Assembly: GCF_001194135.2 (NCBI RefSeq)
Contig: NC_068981.1
Location: 140,881,915 to 140,942,341, forward strand
Direction: 5' to 3'
DNA: 60,427 nucleotides
DNA from: Octopus bimaculoides
Taxonomy: Eukaryota
This document shows, piece by piece, positions 14,636 through 28,019 of the stretch. The notes beneath the pieces are model-generated. The model searched no databases, was not told where the DNA came from, and saw nothing but the letters and a program-made list of their open reading frames with translations. A program made the position numbers and the translations under genes. How positions within the stretch are numbered: position 1 is the first letter of the stretch; every line of letters starts with the position of its first letter.

Positions 14636-15577
14636 TAATAAAATTGTGTGTGTGTATGTGCATAGATATGTTACGCAAAAAACATTCATTGCATTACTTT
14701 CACGAGGAGAAAGCATGCAGAAAATCTTGGTTTCCATTCTTGGTAAGATGTATCAATAAAATAATATTTGCACTAAGCATTTGCCATTAGAATGAATTTT
14801 CTCAATGTTAACAATTGTCTATGCATCGTTTCTTCTATTTAATTAATATTTTGTAAACATTATCTAAACATTCATTAAAATAAAACAATGCTGCACAGCA
14901 CAAGAGAGAAAAATATAATTAATTCAATCTGGCAAGATATTCAACCTTGCGGAAACTTTGAGAGAAGAATTATATTAATGGAAAAACTATAAATTATGGA
15001 TCAGGCTAGATTATTGAGATGCTATTTGTTTGTAAACACAAATTTCAATAAATTACACAAAACAAAAATTCGTCACATATTTATGGCACCAAATGTGTTT
15101 TTCGATAATTTTGAACATAATTTCTTCATGTCCAGTATGTGTAGAATTAAGGAAAAAATAAAAACAAATTAGAACTGTTCAATTGGTACAAAGTCGAGCA
15201 AGAAACTTCGCGATATAATATTTGGCCATTCATTTTTTTTGTGGTGAGATTCAGGCGCAGTCAAGTTTGACATGCATCCTTTCTAAGGTCCAAAAATTAA
15301 GTGTCGATTAAATACTAGTGCCAAGGATGTGGATTATATGCCTCTACTAAAATGACAAGATGGCGCTTATGTTTGAAACGGACTTATTTCTTTCAAGAAT
15401 CCTTAGGGTCTATCAAGAACAAAGGAATATAGGCACAAGAGAATAAAATCCATCGATGTATTCAAGAGTGAAGAGAATCGTGTGCTTCAAATCAAGAAAT
15501 AAACTTATACATATTGCATAACTGTCTATAAGCTCTTACACATATTGCATAATTGTTTCTAAACTCAAAGGTTTATA

Positions 15578-15613
<36 letters not shown>

Positions 15614-16891
15614 GACACACATATAGACGTGTGTGGTGTGCATCTGTGTTTGTGGAGTGTCTATGTAAATGTAAATCTTTATATAAACGTACATACACGT
15701 ATACACATGCAGTTATATGTAGACGTGCGTATACACACAAGCAGGCGTTCACCACACACAAACCATGCGATATGTATTTGAGAATACAACTTCACTTAGC
15801 CATAAATGTTTCGCTCCAATCACAACATTGTTATGTTTAAAAAAATCGATGCGTTGCTCATAACACTAGTCAACCAAAGGCAAAATCTCTATCATCAAAT
15901 TGCACAATGCAACTGAACTGAGTACGAGTTTATCACTGGAAACAGCCTAGGGAAATGTTTCATCCGCCGTGAAACGAAATATCTGACGAAAGTTTACTTC
16001 CGAAGTTTACTTCCGAATGACCTAGATAAAACAAGAATATTGACGCATGTGAAGGTAAGTACAAGTTGGAAGGTCTGCGATGAAGCACCAGCGACCCATC
16101 GTTTTCGATGTTGCTGGAGTATGTATTAAATCTGACCATATAGAACTGTCATCTCTTTGTTCAGATTCGATGTTGTTGCGGAAAGCAACATTTTTTAAAT
16201 TAAAACTGAACATTTAAAGATGTAATCACTGATATTTGTCTTACTAAATATTTATGAGTTTAGTACATAAATTGTAATGGTGGTTAGATTGTTCAACTTA
16301 TGATTGTTAGATTCGTGTTTTGATTAATCCCCAACCAAGGGGAACGTAGCTTCTGTAATTTGTCTAAGCGTTGCGTCTGTTCTATGTATTGACACGATTT
16401 TAACTTCTATGTTGTTGAGTGAGCCTCACATATAATAGAAGATAAAGCTAGCCTCAATAGGAAACTGGAATGGAACACTAGCACACACCCCAACACACCA
16501 CAATATATGACAGAATAAAATCCCCATAAACTGATAACAATATGAACAAAATATGATACAATACACAGATAAACAAATGGAATTAAATAACTATATTCGT
16601 TAACAAAATTAAATTAAATTAAATATGAAAAAAGAAAGAATTACAAAAAATAATAAGTAGACATAAACACTTAAACAAATAAATAAAAACAAATTAAACG
16701 AACGTGTATAAATAGGGGATACAGATAATACATACACTCCCCATACACACACACGAACTTACTAAACATAGACACACATAGGGGATATGCATGCGAAAAC
16801 AAAGACAAATGCAATAGGAATACAAAATGCAAAATGGCTGATCGTTAGTAAGGAAAGACACACAGGTAGGAAGGAAGAAAGCAAAGGACAA

Positions 16892-16934
16892 CTGATGAGG
16901 TCACAGAAGTGTGACGAAAGAACTCTGGCCGAAA
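16892..16934 (+). ncRNA. Hammerhead-like core (partial)
   Basis: CTGATGA-G-GTCACA-GAAG-TGTGAC-GAAA has a perfect 6-bp hairpin between the two core strands. Stems I and III are unconvincing. Confidence 0.35.
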
Positions 16935-17689
16935 TACGATTAATGTAATATAAAATAAAGCCGAAGCAAATTAATACCAAATATATAGTGCGTGTGTTTT
17001 TTATTGGCTAAACTGGCAACATGACCATCCCCCAAATGCAACAATATTTGTTTCAATACACGATTTCACATCAAAACACTTGCAAAAGGAATATATATAT
17101 ATATATANNNNNNNNNNNNNNNNNNNNNNNNNNNNNNNNNNNNNNNNNNNNNNNNNNNNNNNNNNNNNNNNNNNNNNNNNNNNNNNNNNNNNNNNNNNNN
17201 NNNNNNNNNNNNNNNNNNNNNNNNNNNNNNNNNNNNNNNNNNNNNNNNNNNNNNNNNNNNNNNNNNNNNNNNNNNNNNNNNNNNNNNNNNNNNNNNNNNN
17301 NNNNNNNNNNNNNNNNNNNNNNNNNNNNNNNNNNNNNNNNNNNNNNNNNNNNNNNNNNNNNNNNNNNNNNNNNNNNNNNNNNNNNNNNNNNNNNNNNNNN
17401 NNNNNNNNNNNNNNNNNNNNNNNNNNNNNNNNNNNNNNNNNNNNNNNNNNNNNNNNNNNNNNNNNNNNNNNNNNNNNNNNNNNNNNNNNNNNNNNNNNNN
17501 NNNNNNNNNNNNNNNNNNNNNNNNNNNNNNNNNNNNNNNNNNNNNNNNNNNNNTATATATATGCATATATATCATATAAGATATATATTGTCTAAATTAC
17601 GCAATAAGGAAAATAACAATGACATCTCACTTTAACAGATATACTTACCAAAATTACATAAAAATATCTTGAAATACAAGAGTGTAAAT

Positions 17690-18441
17690 TTACTCAATAA
17701 AATCACCATTGGCTTCAACCACGGCCTCCACACGACTTCGGAATTTCCTGCAACCTTTCTGGACGGTGTCCTTGTTTAAGCTGTTGAATGCTGGCATGAT
17801 CCTGCCTTCGGTTCATTTTTGGTATTAGAAAGAGTTTTTTGGTCTCTAGCTGAACTGTACCACGAACATAATAATCAAGTAGGTTACAGTCTGGGTAGTT
17901 AGATAACCCGATCGTAGGGGCGATGTGGTCGCAGAAATTGTCTGACAGTCGTGAATAGATTCTTCTACTTGTGTGGCATGGTGCAGATTCCTGTTGCCAG
18001 ACATATAGTCTTCCAACAGCTACCATCTTGTCACGGGGCAGCACTACATCCTTCAGGTACTTGATGTAGGCCTCCGTGTTGAGTCTGAAGCCGTGTGGGG
18101 AGATGAATGGAGGCACAACGTCATAATGAGTAGCGATTACTCCAAACACTATGATGATACCTGGATGTGTGATATTTATAATTCTCGGTGCATGTCCTTA
18201 GATTGCATGTGTCCTCAGATTTACATCCAAACACTCCGAAATGTTTGTTTTGGAGCTTCTGGCAGGAATGTCAAGTAGTACAGCATGTCATTTCCAAATT
18301 TCTGGCAGAGTGAATTGGGTCATGGTACTTCTTTTTTCCCAGACGGTGACCAACTGACCCTACTATACTGTGTAGTTGACAAAATCAAAAACAAATAATG
18401 AACAAAAAGTAAACTGGTGACAATTTACACATTACACTCTG
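17690..18441 (-). mobile_element. maT-like (DD37D) Tc1/mariner relic, internally deleted
   Basis: VWQQ(E)SAPCHTS...YPDCNLLDYYV has 37 residues between the second and third catalytic positions. A terminus-like CAGAGTGTAATGTGTAAATTG abuts TA at 18442-18443. Confidence 0.85.
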
Positions 18442-18952
18442 TATATATATATATATATATNNNNNNNNNNNNNNNNNNNNNNNNNNNNNNNNNNNNNNNN
18501 NNNNNNNNNNNNNNNNNNNNNNNNNNNNNNNNNNNNNNNNNNNNNNNNNNNNNNNNNNNNNNNNNNNNNNNNNNNNNNNNNNNNNNNNNNNNNNNNNNNN
18601 NNNNNNNNNNNNNNNNNNNNNNNNNNNNNNNNNNNNNNNNNNNNNNNNNNNNNNNNNNNNNNNNNNNNNNNNNNNNNNNNNNNNNNNNNNNNNNNNNNNN
18701 NNNNNNNNNNNNNNNNNNNNNNNNNNNNNNNNNNNNNNNNNNNNNNNNNNNNNNNNNNNNNNNNNNNNNNNNNNNNNNNNNNNNNNNNNNNNNNNNNNNN
18801 NNNNNNNNNNNNNNNNNNNNNNNNNNNNNNNNNNNNNNNNNNNNNNNNNNNNNNNNNNNNNNNNNNNNNNNNNNNNNNNNNNNNNNNNNNNNNNNNNNNN
18901 NNNNNNNNNNNNNNNNNNNNNNNNNNNNNNNNNNNNNNNNNNNNNATATATA

Positions 18953-18988
<36 letters not shown>

Positions 18989-19789
18989 TATATGTATGTA
19001 TGTATGCATGTATGTATATATGTGTATGTATGTATGCGTATGTATGCGTGAGTTTACATTCTATTAAAATATTTGCAAACAAAAACATAAAGCAGAACAA
19101 ACGTTATTAGTTAAATTTGACTGTTTATTGAAGCAAATAAGCGTATGGTTCCAAAGCAAAAGAGCAACAGACTGGAACAAAGCAATTGCAGAGAAGAATA
19201 TACAGAAACTGAGAAAAATTATATTGTAAAAGCATTCAAATGATACTTGTTATGTTTCATCTTTTTCCTTAATGTTTTTGTTTTACGGTTAATTCTCTCT
19301 ACATATTTGAAGTTTCCTATTATACTTTACTTTGTGATTATAGATTTAATTAGGCTTCTACAACAGTAATAAGTTTTTTGTATAATATAGTTGAGTTTTA
19401 TCAATTTTTTTATGTAAAAATTGCTAATTGCTTTTATATATGCAAATCAAACATGATTTTAGTGATAGGAAATATTTATACATGTTTTGATTCTTTGAGT
19501 ACAAAGAGAGAATAAAATACTGCATTCGGCTCAGTGAAACACAAACCAGAGAATCAGCAGATAATAATATCTGTACTAATCAGTAGATAAAAATACATGC
19601 TAAATTATATATGAAAATGGTGTTGCGATATTCATGCTTTTCCAATTAGTATTCAATATCTAGGGTGAACTGAAACTTCTACTTATCACATTGGAATCTA
19701 GAACATTTCATTATGTGTCTGGGTCTAAATCCTCAACAAACGCCAGCAATGCAAAGTCTGCATGAAGATGTATGTTAGTAAGGGTTATA

Positions 19790-20640
19790 ATGGTACCCAG
19801 AAGTTTTGAGACAACGTGATTGGTCGATACCATCGACACCAATACTTGACTCCAAGTGTATATTACCGAAACTAGAGATCAAAAAGGGAAGTTGATTATA
19901 GAAGGATATAACATTGAAGCGTTAAAACTAGGGGCAAGTTTTATACGCCATTTTTGCTTGCATGCATAATAACAACAACCGTAATGATATTTATAGTTCC
20001 CAATTTTGATACAAGGTCAGCAAGTTTCAGGGTGAGGCTAAGTAATTTACATCGTACCCAGTATTCAGCTGGTACACAATCAATCGATCTCGAAAGGAGA
20101 AAAGCAAAGTTGACTTTGGCTGGATTTAAACTCAGAATGTAAGTACAGATGAAATGCCGCTATGAATTGTGCCCCGTGTGCTAACGATTATGCGAGCTCG
20201 CCGCTTTCACAACAACAATAATGATCATTTAAAATTTCGGGACAAGGCCAGTAATATCAGGGGAATCAGTAAGCCTATTACCCCTATCCAAGTAATTACG
20301 TGGCGCCTAATCGACCCCCAAAGGATGAAAAGTAAAGCTGACAATGGTAGGGTTAGAAAGGAAAGAATCGGAGGAAACACAGCTAAACATTTTGGCCCGC
20401 CTTCTTAATAATGGTCTCATATTTTAGCACACGGCCAGAAATTTTAGGGGAGGAGTAAGTTGATTGTATGGAACCTAGTGCGCAGCTGATACGTATTTTA
20501 GCGGCTACGAAAGGATGAAATATAAAGTCAACCTCGGCAGAATTTGAACTGAGAATGTGGAGGTGGACGTATTGTCGCTACGCATTTTGCTCGGGGTGCT
20601 AACGATTCTGTTAACTATCCACCTTTCGCCTCCTTTATAA
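19790..20640 (-). mobile_element. Head-to-tail array of four SINE family 1 copies
   Basis: Copies at about 19790-19930 (heavily degraded), 19980-20205, 20225-20405 and 20413-20635. The clearer copies carry the reverse complement of the CTTTCATCCTTTCG...TCGAT domain and are separated by short AAT/CAA-like spacers. Confidence 0.8.
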
Positions 20641-21582
20641 TAATAACTGTCATCATGGTAACAATATTTTCTTTATTAACAACTAAGAGTTCATAAAGAT
20701 AATACTGAATAACACAATGCAGGGTTTACATAATTTAAAATATCCGAAAAAAATCCCCCAATAACTAACTTTAAAATTGAAATAATTCCTGAGAAGCAGA
20801 ACTCTGAATTCCTATGATACAAAAATCCCAGAAAACCGCGGTCAACCTCAATATACGGGTGCATGCATAGCAAACCTATTCACTCAGACTCTCCGTGTCA
20901 TCGTCATTAATCTTTAAAAAAACATTCTGTGAGGTTGCACTTCCTCGCTCCCCACAATTTTGTTTTTGAATGAATCTCACAAAAATTTTACAAGAGGTTA
21001 GCCAAATCACAAGGCAAATGTATTCATCCCATTTAGTCTTGTCCACCTCTGTTACCAAAGCCACAATCTAGATGGAAACTACCTTTTCATACTGGTGGGA
21101 GAGGCAGAAGGGTAAATTCGTCAGGCGATCTACATGTGAGAGGAACTTTTCGACATCAACACAATGCTCGGACACTGAATGTGCCGAATGATTTCGTTGA
21201 CTGGTGTGCAGTGCGCAAGATATTTAAAGAATCAACCCACCTATGTACGTTTGTTAGTTACCATTTCGGAGGTTTTCGTGTGGTTTTATCCTTTTCGGGT
21301 GGCTCATGTCTGCGCTTTGCCAGCCAGACACTCGAGGATAATTTAGAGCGCTGAAAGGTGGAGCAAGTGCTATGCAGTATTCTAATGAATGAATGATACA
21401 TGAAATCAATATAGTAGACAGACTGCAATTCATAAATTCATTCTTAACAATAAATATTACTGAAAATAGAAAAGCAAAAATCCACTTGAAAATATAACAC
21501 CATGTGTTATTATGTTTTACTCTTAATATTAAGCCTTAATACTGCTAGCTTGCCAAGTAATATGTTGCAACATTTTACTCAG

Positions 21583-21694
21583 GGAAATATTCAATTACGA
21601 AGACTAGAGAAGGAAGGACTAGAAAATAATGATTTCAAACAGGATAATCCACCCATCCTTCAACCGAAAATGATTGTATTTAACACAAATTCAG
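21583..21694 (+). CDS. Weak candidate exon (112 nt)
   Basis: cattttactcag|...CAG|gtatat. One open frame, GNIQLRRLEKEGLENNDFKQDNPPILQPKMIVFNTNS, with no recognisable domain. Confidence 0.2.
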
Positions 21695-23227
21695 GTATAT
21701 AGGCAACTTCTAAAACATGAGAGTTATAACATATTGTGTATTGTAAAACTACAACAAAATATTGTAAAAAGTAATCTTTTAGAATTGTGCAGAGCACAAA
21801 ACAATATACATTCAAGTAAACCAAGGAATATATAACTGAGAATTGTTAGAATGTAAAAGCACTCACAACACATACACTGGACAAAATAAAACGTAATCTA
21901 CATATAGTATTTGAAAATGCCGTACTAAAACTGTACTTATAAAACTGGCCGCCGAATCATGTAACTCTGAACTATGCGGATAATATGTAAAAAAAAGCAT
22001 CTTAGCATTGCACAGAAATGAGCGAAAATGTTATTGAATATGATTGAATTATAGCCCCAGCAATGGAACCAATATAAAACGTGCAGTGAAAGAAACTGCG
22101 GTAAGCAATTTCAAAACATTGGGAGATTGGGAAGAAGCAAATGAATATATTGCGTCAATTCAACACATCAGTTCATTAATTACAGTCCCAAGATAACGCA
22201 TATTGCTGGCCAATATGAAATAGAGAATCCCCAAACCAAATATACGCCGAAATCAGCAGCCAATAAAATAGCATACGCCAGTAAAAAATTATCGACATTT
22301 TTTAAAACTGTTGAGTGGCAAACATTTAAGATTTTATGCTCCTTTATGTACTGCTGATCTTCGCATTAATAACGAAATAAATATCACGCGAAGACATTAA
22401 CGTTGAATAGACGCATTTGTCGCTTATAGGAGGAATTAAGTCCCATGCCCCAAAATTAAAAAAAAAGCAATGCAAATACATATTTCAATTTGGGGATGTG
22501 GATAGCTAGTTTAGTTTAACTTAGAGGAAGTATGAAAACAGGAGAGTGAAAAGTAATTATTTAAGAAACGTATACACAGACAAAAAAATTAGTAAATTAC
22601 CACTCCTGAAGACTAACACAGGAAAGGGAATGTGTCCATAAACCTCATGCACGTTGTTCTGCAACAATCTCAGAAGAAATGGTAATACAAAAAATACACG
22701 TTAAAAATTTTGTAGACAAAATATATCTAATATAAAAGCCATTTTGCATTCCCAAACCGGAGATAATTTTGAAAAAATAGCTCTTCAAACAAGACATGAT
22801 GACAATGTACAATAACTATAGAAATAAAAAGCAATGTAAATAAATAAATAAAGGTAAAAAGGAGCAATGCAAATAGCGAAGAAATTAAAATTAAATGTTT
22901 AAATTCCAAGAGTGCAAGTTAGGATGACAGACAAGTCCGGCAAAATCAAACAAAAGCATACCCATATCGATGAAGTGAGAAAATAATTTGTCCTCTATGT
23001 ACATGTAAACTTTTACTTCCAGATTTCAACTCTACCGAAATATATTTATTGCGCCCATTACTACAGGGTTCTTAAAATTGAGAACCATGTTATTACTGTG
23101 GTGAATATGAACATTTTGTCCGCCATAACGTGTTACCATGTGCTCATGAAATAATTTAACATTACGAGCAGAAATGAATATAAAGAATTCTGTACTACAG
23201 ACATTTAACATGATGATTATGGAATAA

Positions 23228-23335
23228 GGCGGCAAGCTGCAGAGTAAAATACTTCGCGGTATTTCATCCGTCATTACTTTCTGAGTTCAAATTCCAGCGA
23301 GGTCGACTTCGCCTCGATAAAACGAGTGCCTGTTG
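23228..23335 (+). mobile_element. SINE family 1, 5' part with deletion
   Basis: GGCGGCAAGCTGCAGAG...TTCTGAGTTCAAATTCCAGCGAGGTCGACTTCGCC includes a B-box-like GTTCAAATTCC. Confidence 0.75.
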
Positions 23336-25847
23336 AGTTCTGGTGTTCATGTAATCAACATACTTCTAATCTCGACAATCCTGGCCTTCTGTTTAAATTT
23401 GAAATCAAAATTAGGATTGTGGATTGCTTCTCATTTTACACAATATATTTCCATGACAGCGGATTTAATGGTACATGGAAAACTTTCTTACGATATTTGT
23501 GTGAAATTATTGCATTTTCAGTTCGAATATCACCAAACTCGCCATAGATTTTCATTTTTCAGGAATGAATGAAGTAAAGGAATAGTAGAATAGTATGGTA
23601 GAGCACACATTCTTTTTCTATGTCTTCACAAGATCAACAACATTGTACTGTGAGAAGGACGTGAGTGCACTATCCATTGGATCCATTTTCAGAAAAATAG
23701 GAACTTTTGCGTCTTTACTGTTTTGAAGGTGGCTCATCGAAAATCTGCTGGAAAGGGTATTTGAAGAGTAGGAGACAGTGGATATTTCCATTGAATTACG
23801 ATACCACATAGCAATATTGCATTTCACAATTCCGGGTCCTGTGAATAAGTAATATTTAAGGACAATGGTTGATAAGATCGACAGTTCTCTGTTTGAAAAT
23901 GTGCGGGCTTGCACCTCTAAAAGTAATCGATAATATTTTTACGAATATTATGAAATGTTTTTGCCCGTATCTTACATTATATTTTTTGTTTGCTGCTTTC
24001 CTTTTCTACTAATTCTTTTTTTTTCTATCGTTTTATCTCATGTATTCATTTGATTACATTGCTGAGGAAAACACGATTAATGAAAACAAATAATGAACGG
24101 GACGTTGAGTTTTTGATCAAATTAACATTACTTGTTTTTTTTAATATTTTATATGTCATTTTGAATTTATTTATATTTTGCACATATTACCACAAATTAA
24201 AGAATAGTACACATATACACACAAAATTCACCCTCAAACAAAATCACTTGCGCATATATCTCTACAGACACATAATAGAACACACAGAAGTATGTACCCA
24301 TATGTGTACATGTATACGTTAGGGTATAAATGTCTGTATATGTGTATCAATATATATATANNNNNNNNNNNNNNNNNNNNNNNNNNNNNNNNNNNNNNNN
24401 NNNNNNNNNNNNNNNNNNNNNNNNNNNNNNNNNNNNNNNNNNNNNNNNNNNNNNNNNNNNNNNNNNNNNNNNNNNNNNNNNNNNNNNNNNNNNNNNNNNN
24501 NNNNNNNNNNNNNNNNNNNNNNNNNNNNNNNNNNNNNNNNNNNNNNNNNNNNNNNNNNNNNNNNNNNNNNNNNNNNNNNNNNNNNNNNNNNNNNNNNNNN
24601 NNNNNNNNNNNNNNNNNNNNNNNNNNNNNNNNNNNNNNNNNNNNNNNNNNNNNNNNNNNNNNNNNNNNNNNNNNNNNNNNNNNNNNNNNNNNNNNNNNNN
24701 NNNNNNNNNNNNNNNNNNNNNNNNNNNNNNNNNNNNNNNNATATATATATATACATGTGTCTATATAAGTGCTTATGTATACTGTATGTATGAGTGTGTG
24801 TATGTTGAACATGGAAAATAACAAGTACAACGTAAAAGACAAGAAGTCAATATCATAAACATTATAGTGGAAAATAAATGAATAGAGCTTCGTACCCAGC
24901 ATTAAAAAAAACATGGAAATTATATATAAAAAAAAATCGGCTTAAATAATATAGAAGAGAAATGAAAGTGAAAAAAAATGAGCAAACGGATGAATGAATT
25001 AAAAATAAAATAAAATTAAAAGAAAACGATGTCTTATCGAGCGTAAATCGAATTTTTTTTTTTTTTTTTACTGATACCCAAAAGCAAAGTGAAGAAATCA
25101 ATGTTTAAAATATCGATTTTACGGCAAATATAATTAGTGTTTATTTTTCGTGTTTTCTTTAAAATTTTTTGTGCGTTATCATTTTTGTATATGTTTTTGT
25201 TCTTGCAGTTGTTTTTGATTTTGATGCGATAATAAAATCTAATTGGAAGAGCTCTATGATGATCTTACCAAACCTTGGCTTAATTGCATTTGGTTTTATT
25301 ATTATGACTTATTATTATTGTTATATGATCATTATTTTTTTTTTGTTATTCTTTGTTTTATGCATTACTTTTATTGTTAATCTTATTATTATGTTGGTAA
25401 TGTTTAGTTATACTTTTATAGTTTTGTTATACTTTTTAGAGTATGTATTTATATTTTTCTTGTATGCAGTTGTATTCTTAGTTTTCTAAAATTTTGAAGG
25501 GTCGTTTTGGTGTTGTTTGGGTGTTGGTGGTATAGATTGCTATATTTATTTACATATTTGTTGTATGTATTTGCATATTTAGTCATTCATTATTTTTCTA
25601 CTTGATAATTTATTATATGCAATATTGTTATTTAAATATTTTGATTTGGAAATTTCCCTACGGTTTGCAAGCAGTAAATGCACTGATATTTAAAGATACG
25701 ATTTGCAAACACACATGAACACTTATAATACATATACTCACATACACACTTGTAATGGTATTAATCTCTTGCTCTCTACCTAACTATAAATCGAACTATC
25801 TAGTTATCTAACTATCTCTCTCTTTCTCTTTCTTACTGTTTATCTCT

Positions 25848-25906
<59 letters not shown>

Positions 25907-26119
25907 CTGTGTGTGGTTGTGTGTGAGAGAGAGAGAGAGTGTGTGTATGTGTGTGTGTGTGTGTGTATGTGCACGCGCGTGTATAAGGGGAGAGAAAGGA
26001 AAGAGTTAAGAAAATTCATCCCAAATTTGAATGCACACACAAACAAAACAGACGCACGTTTCTGTAAATGTAAATCACTACTTATATGATATGATATGAT
26101 GTATGTATATACACAGCTC

Positions 26120-27372
26120 TTTCAGGATTACGACTGGATGCTAAAACGCTGCTTAACAATTCAAATGTGGACGTGATCTTAATCGACTTTGCAAAAGTCT
26201 TTGACAAATTCGACCAATTTATGATTTGTCCCAAACTGCGTAATCTTGGCATAGTCGGAAAGCTTGGAGAATGGCCACATGACTTCCTAAAAGATAGAAT
26301 TCAGGTAGTGGTGGTCAATGGGGCCACCTCCGAAAAAACACAAAGAATGAGAGGTGTTCCTTAGGGCACTGTCCTGGGGTCGCTGCTGTTCATAGTGGCC
26401 CTTTCTGACATGCTCTCTACTGCTCAGGTAGCCACCCTTGCTAGTTATGTAGACGATACAAAAGTCTCTCAGAAGATACAGAACCCTAGAGATGTTGCAC
26501 AAGTATAACATATGTTGGACGCAATATACAGGTGGGCTGAGAAAAATAACAAGCAGTGTAATGTTAGAAAATTCCAAGACCTGCAGTACCGACATATGAA
26601 GGTCAATGAAAAGCAGATAGAATACACGGGTCCAGGAGGCATCGATATGAGTAATGATGCATCTTTCCAGGTGCACGTTATCATGTTAGCAATAAAATCA
26701 GACGCTTGGCCCGATGGATCCTTCGAACTTTAAAAACTTAAGAAATGGTAACTTTGATGGTCTCTTGGAGGATTTTCGTCCTCAGTCGTCTGGATTGCTG
26801 ATCCTAACCGTGATCACCAAACAGTGTAAAATTAACGACAGAACTCGAAGCAATCCAGCAAAGCTACACAATACAGATTACCACAATGTGATATGTCATC
26901 TACTGGGAGGGACAGAATGAGTTAAAACTCTATTACCTGGAGCGAAGGCGGGAGAATATGTAGTAAAAGAGACCAGGAAAATCCTAGAAAAACTTGAATT
27001 AAAGTTATATAAACAGCATGACGGATCGTCACTTCATAGTATCACAAATCCCAACATTGCTTTTGGGGTACAAGAAGAGGTATTGAAACAGCTTTAGTTT
27101 TAAAGGCGCCCAGCTCATCAATATCCTTCTACAAAGCTTCAGAGAACTGCATTGCATGGATGCAGCCTTTTTCAAAGCAAAACTAGATCTCCTTCGGTCA
27201 AAAGTTCTAGATGAACCTACCTGAAGGCAAGAAACACAGATGAAGGCAACAAGGTCAAACACCCACATCTACCAAATATGAACGACCAGAGGAAGTTCAG
27301 TGAAAGTGTAGCAAAATAAACGGCGGTACACCAGCATGGCCGCAGTCCACGCACTGAAACGTAAAGCAAAAT
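26120..27372 (+). mobile_element. CR1-like LINE, 5'-truncated (RT and 3' end), degenerate
   Basis: DVILIDFAKVFDK, GVP*GTVLGSLLF and SYVDDTK are RT motifs. The copy ends in GGCGGTACACCAGCATGGCCGCAGTC...ACTGAAAC followed by (AT)n. Confidence 0.9.
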
Positions 27373-27685
27373 GCATATATATATATATATATATATATAT
27401 ANNNNNNNNNNNNNNNNNNNNNNNNNNNNNNNNNNNNNNNNNNNNNNNNNNNNNNNNNNNNNNNNNNNNNNNNNNNNNNNNNNNNNNNNNNNNNNNNNNN
27501 NNNNNNNNNNNNNNNNNNNNNNNNNNNNNNNNNNNNNNNNNNNNNCAGGGTAGGATGGGTAGATTGCCACCGTTTCATATTTTCAATTTCGCGTATGCGA
27601 TGTGTTTGTTGTTGATTTGGTTGATTAGTAGGGTCAGTTGGGCACCGTCTGTGAGAAAAACAGCACCGTGACACAATGCATGGAA

Positions 27686-27991
27686 GCTTGATATAATATA
27701 AAGGATATAATGAAAATTACTATATACTGATGATATTTCGCAATATCTCTACTTCAGAAACGAAAAATTACATTGCTTAAATGTCATCCATTTTCGGGTT
27801 CGCACGCCTGTGCTTTTCCAAAACATGCACCATAACACCCTCAAGAGTTATAGACCCCAATTCTCTGATTTCTTTATTGATGTTCTCCTTCGGTTGCACC
27901 CGGATCTCCGGTATGTAGATTTTAAACCCTCTCTTTCGGGTATTCCCACAAGAAAAAATATCGGAACTAATCCATTCTCGGGAACGTGAAG
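27686..27991 (-). mobile_element. Inverted copy of a rosa-like transposase 3' end
   Basis: The reverse complement aligns by eye at about 75-80% to 28120-28420. Confidence 0.8.
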
Positions 27992-28019
27992 ACTATTCGA
28001 AGTAGACATCACCCATAGT

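Noticed and set aside
15900-16062. Open frame ending in a consensus donor AAG|GTAAGT
   Set aside because: No good acceptor, it contains a 14-bp tandem duplication, and the peptide is unrecognisable.
20690-21360. Moderately GC-rich segment, possibly a hAT-like end or an exon
   Set aside because: No TIR pair, TSD or protein motif found.
25169-25489. 106-aa hydrophobic ORF
   Set aside because: Low-complexity T-rich DNA yields F/I/L/V by composition alone.
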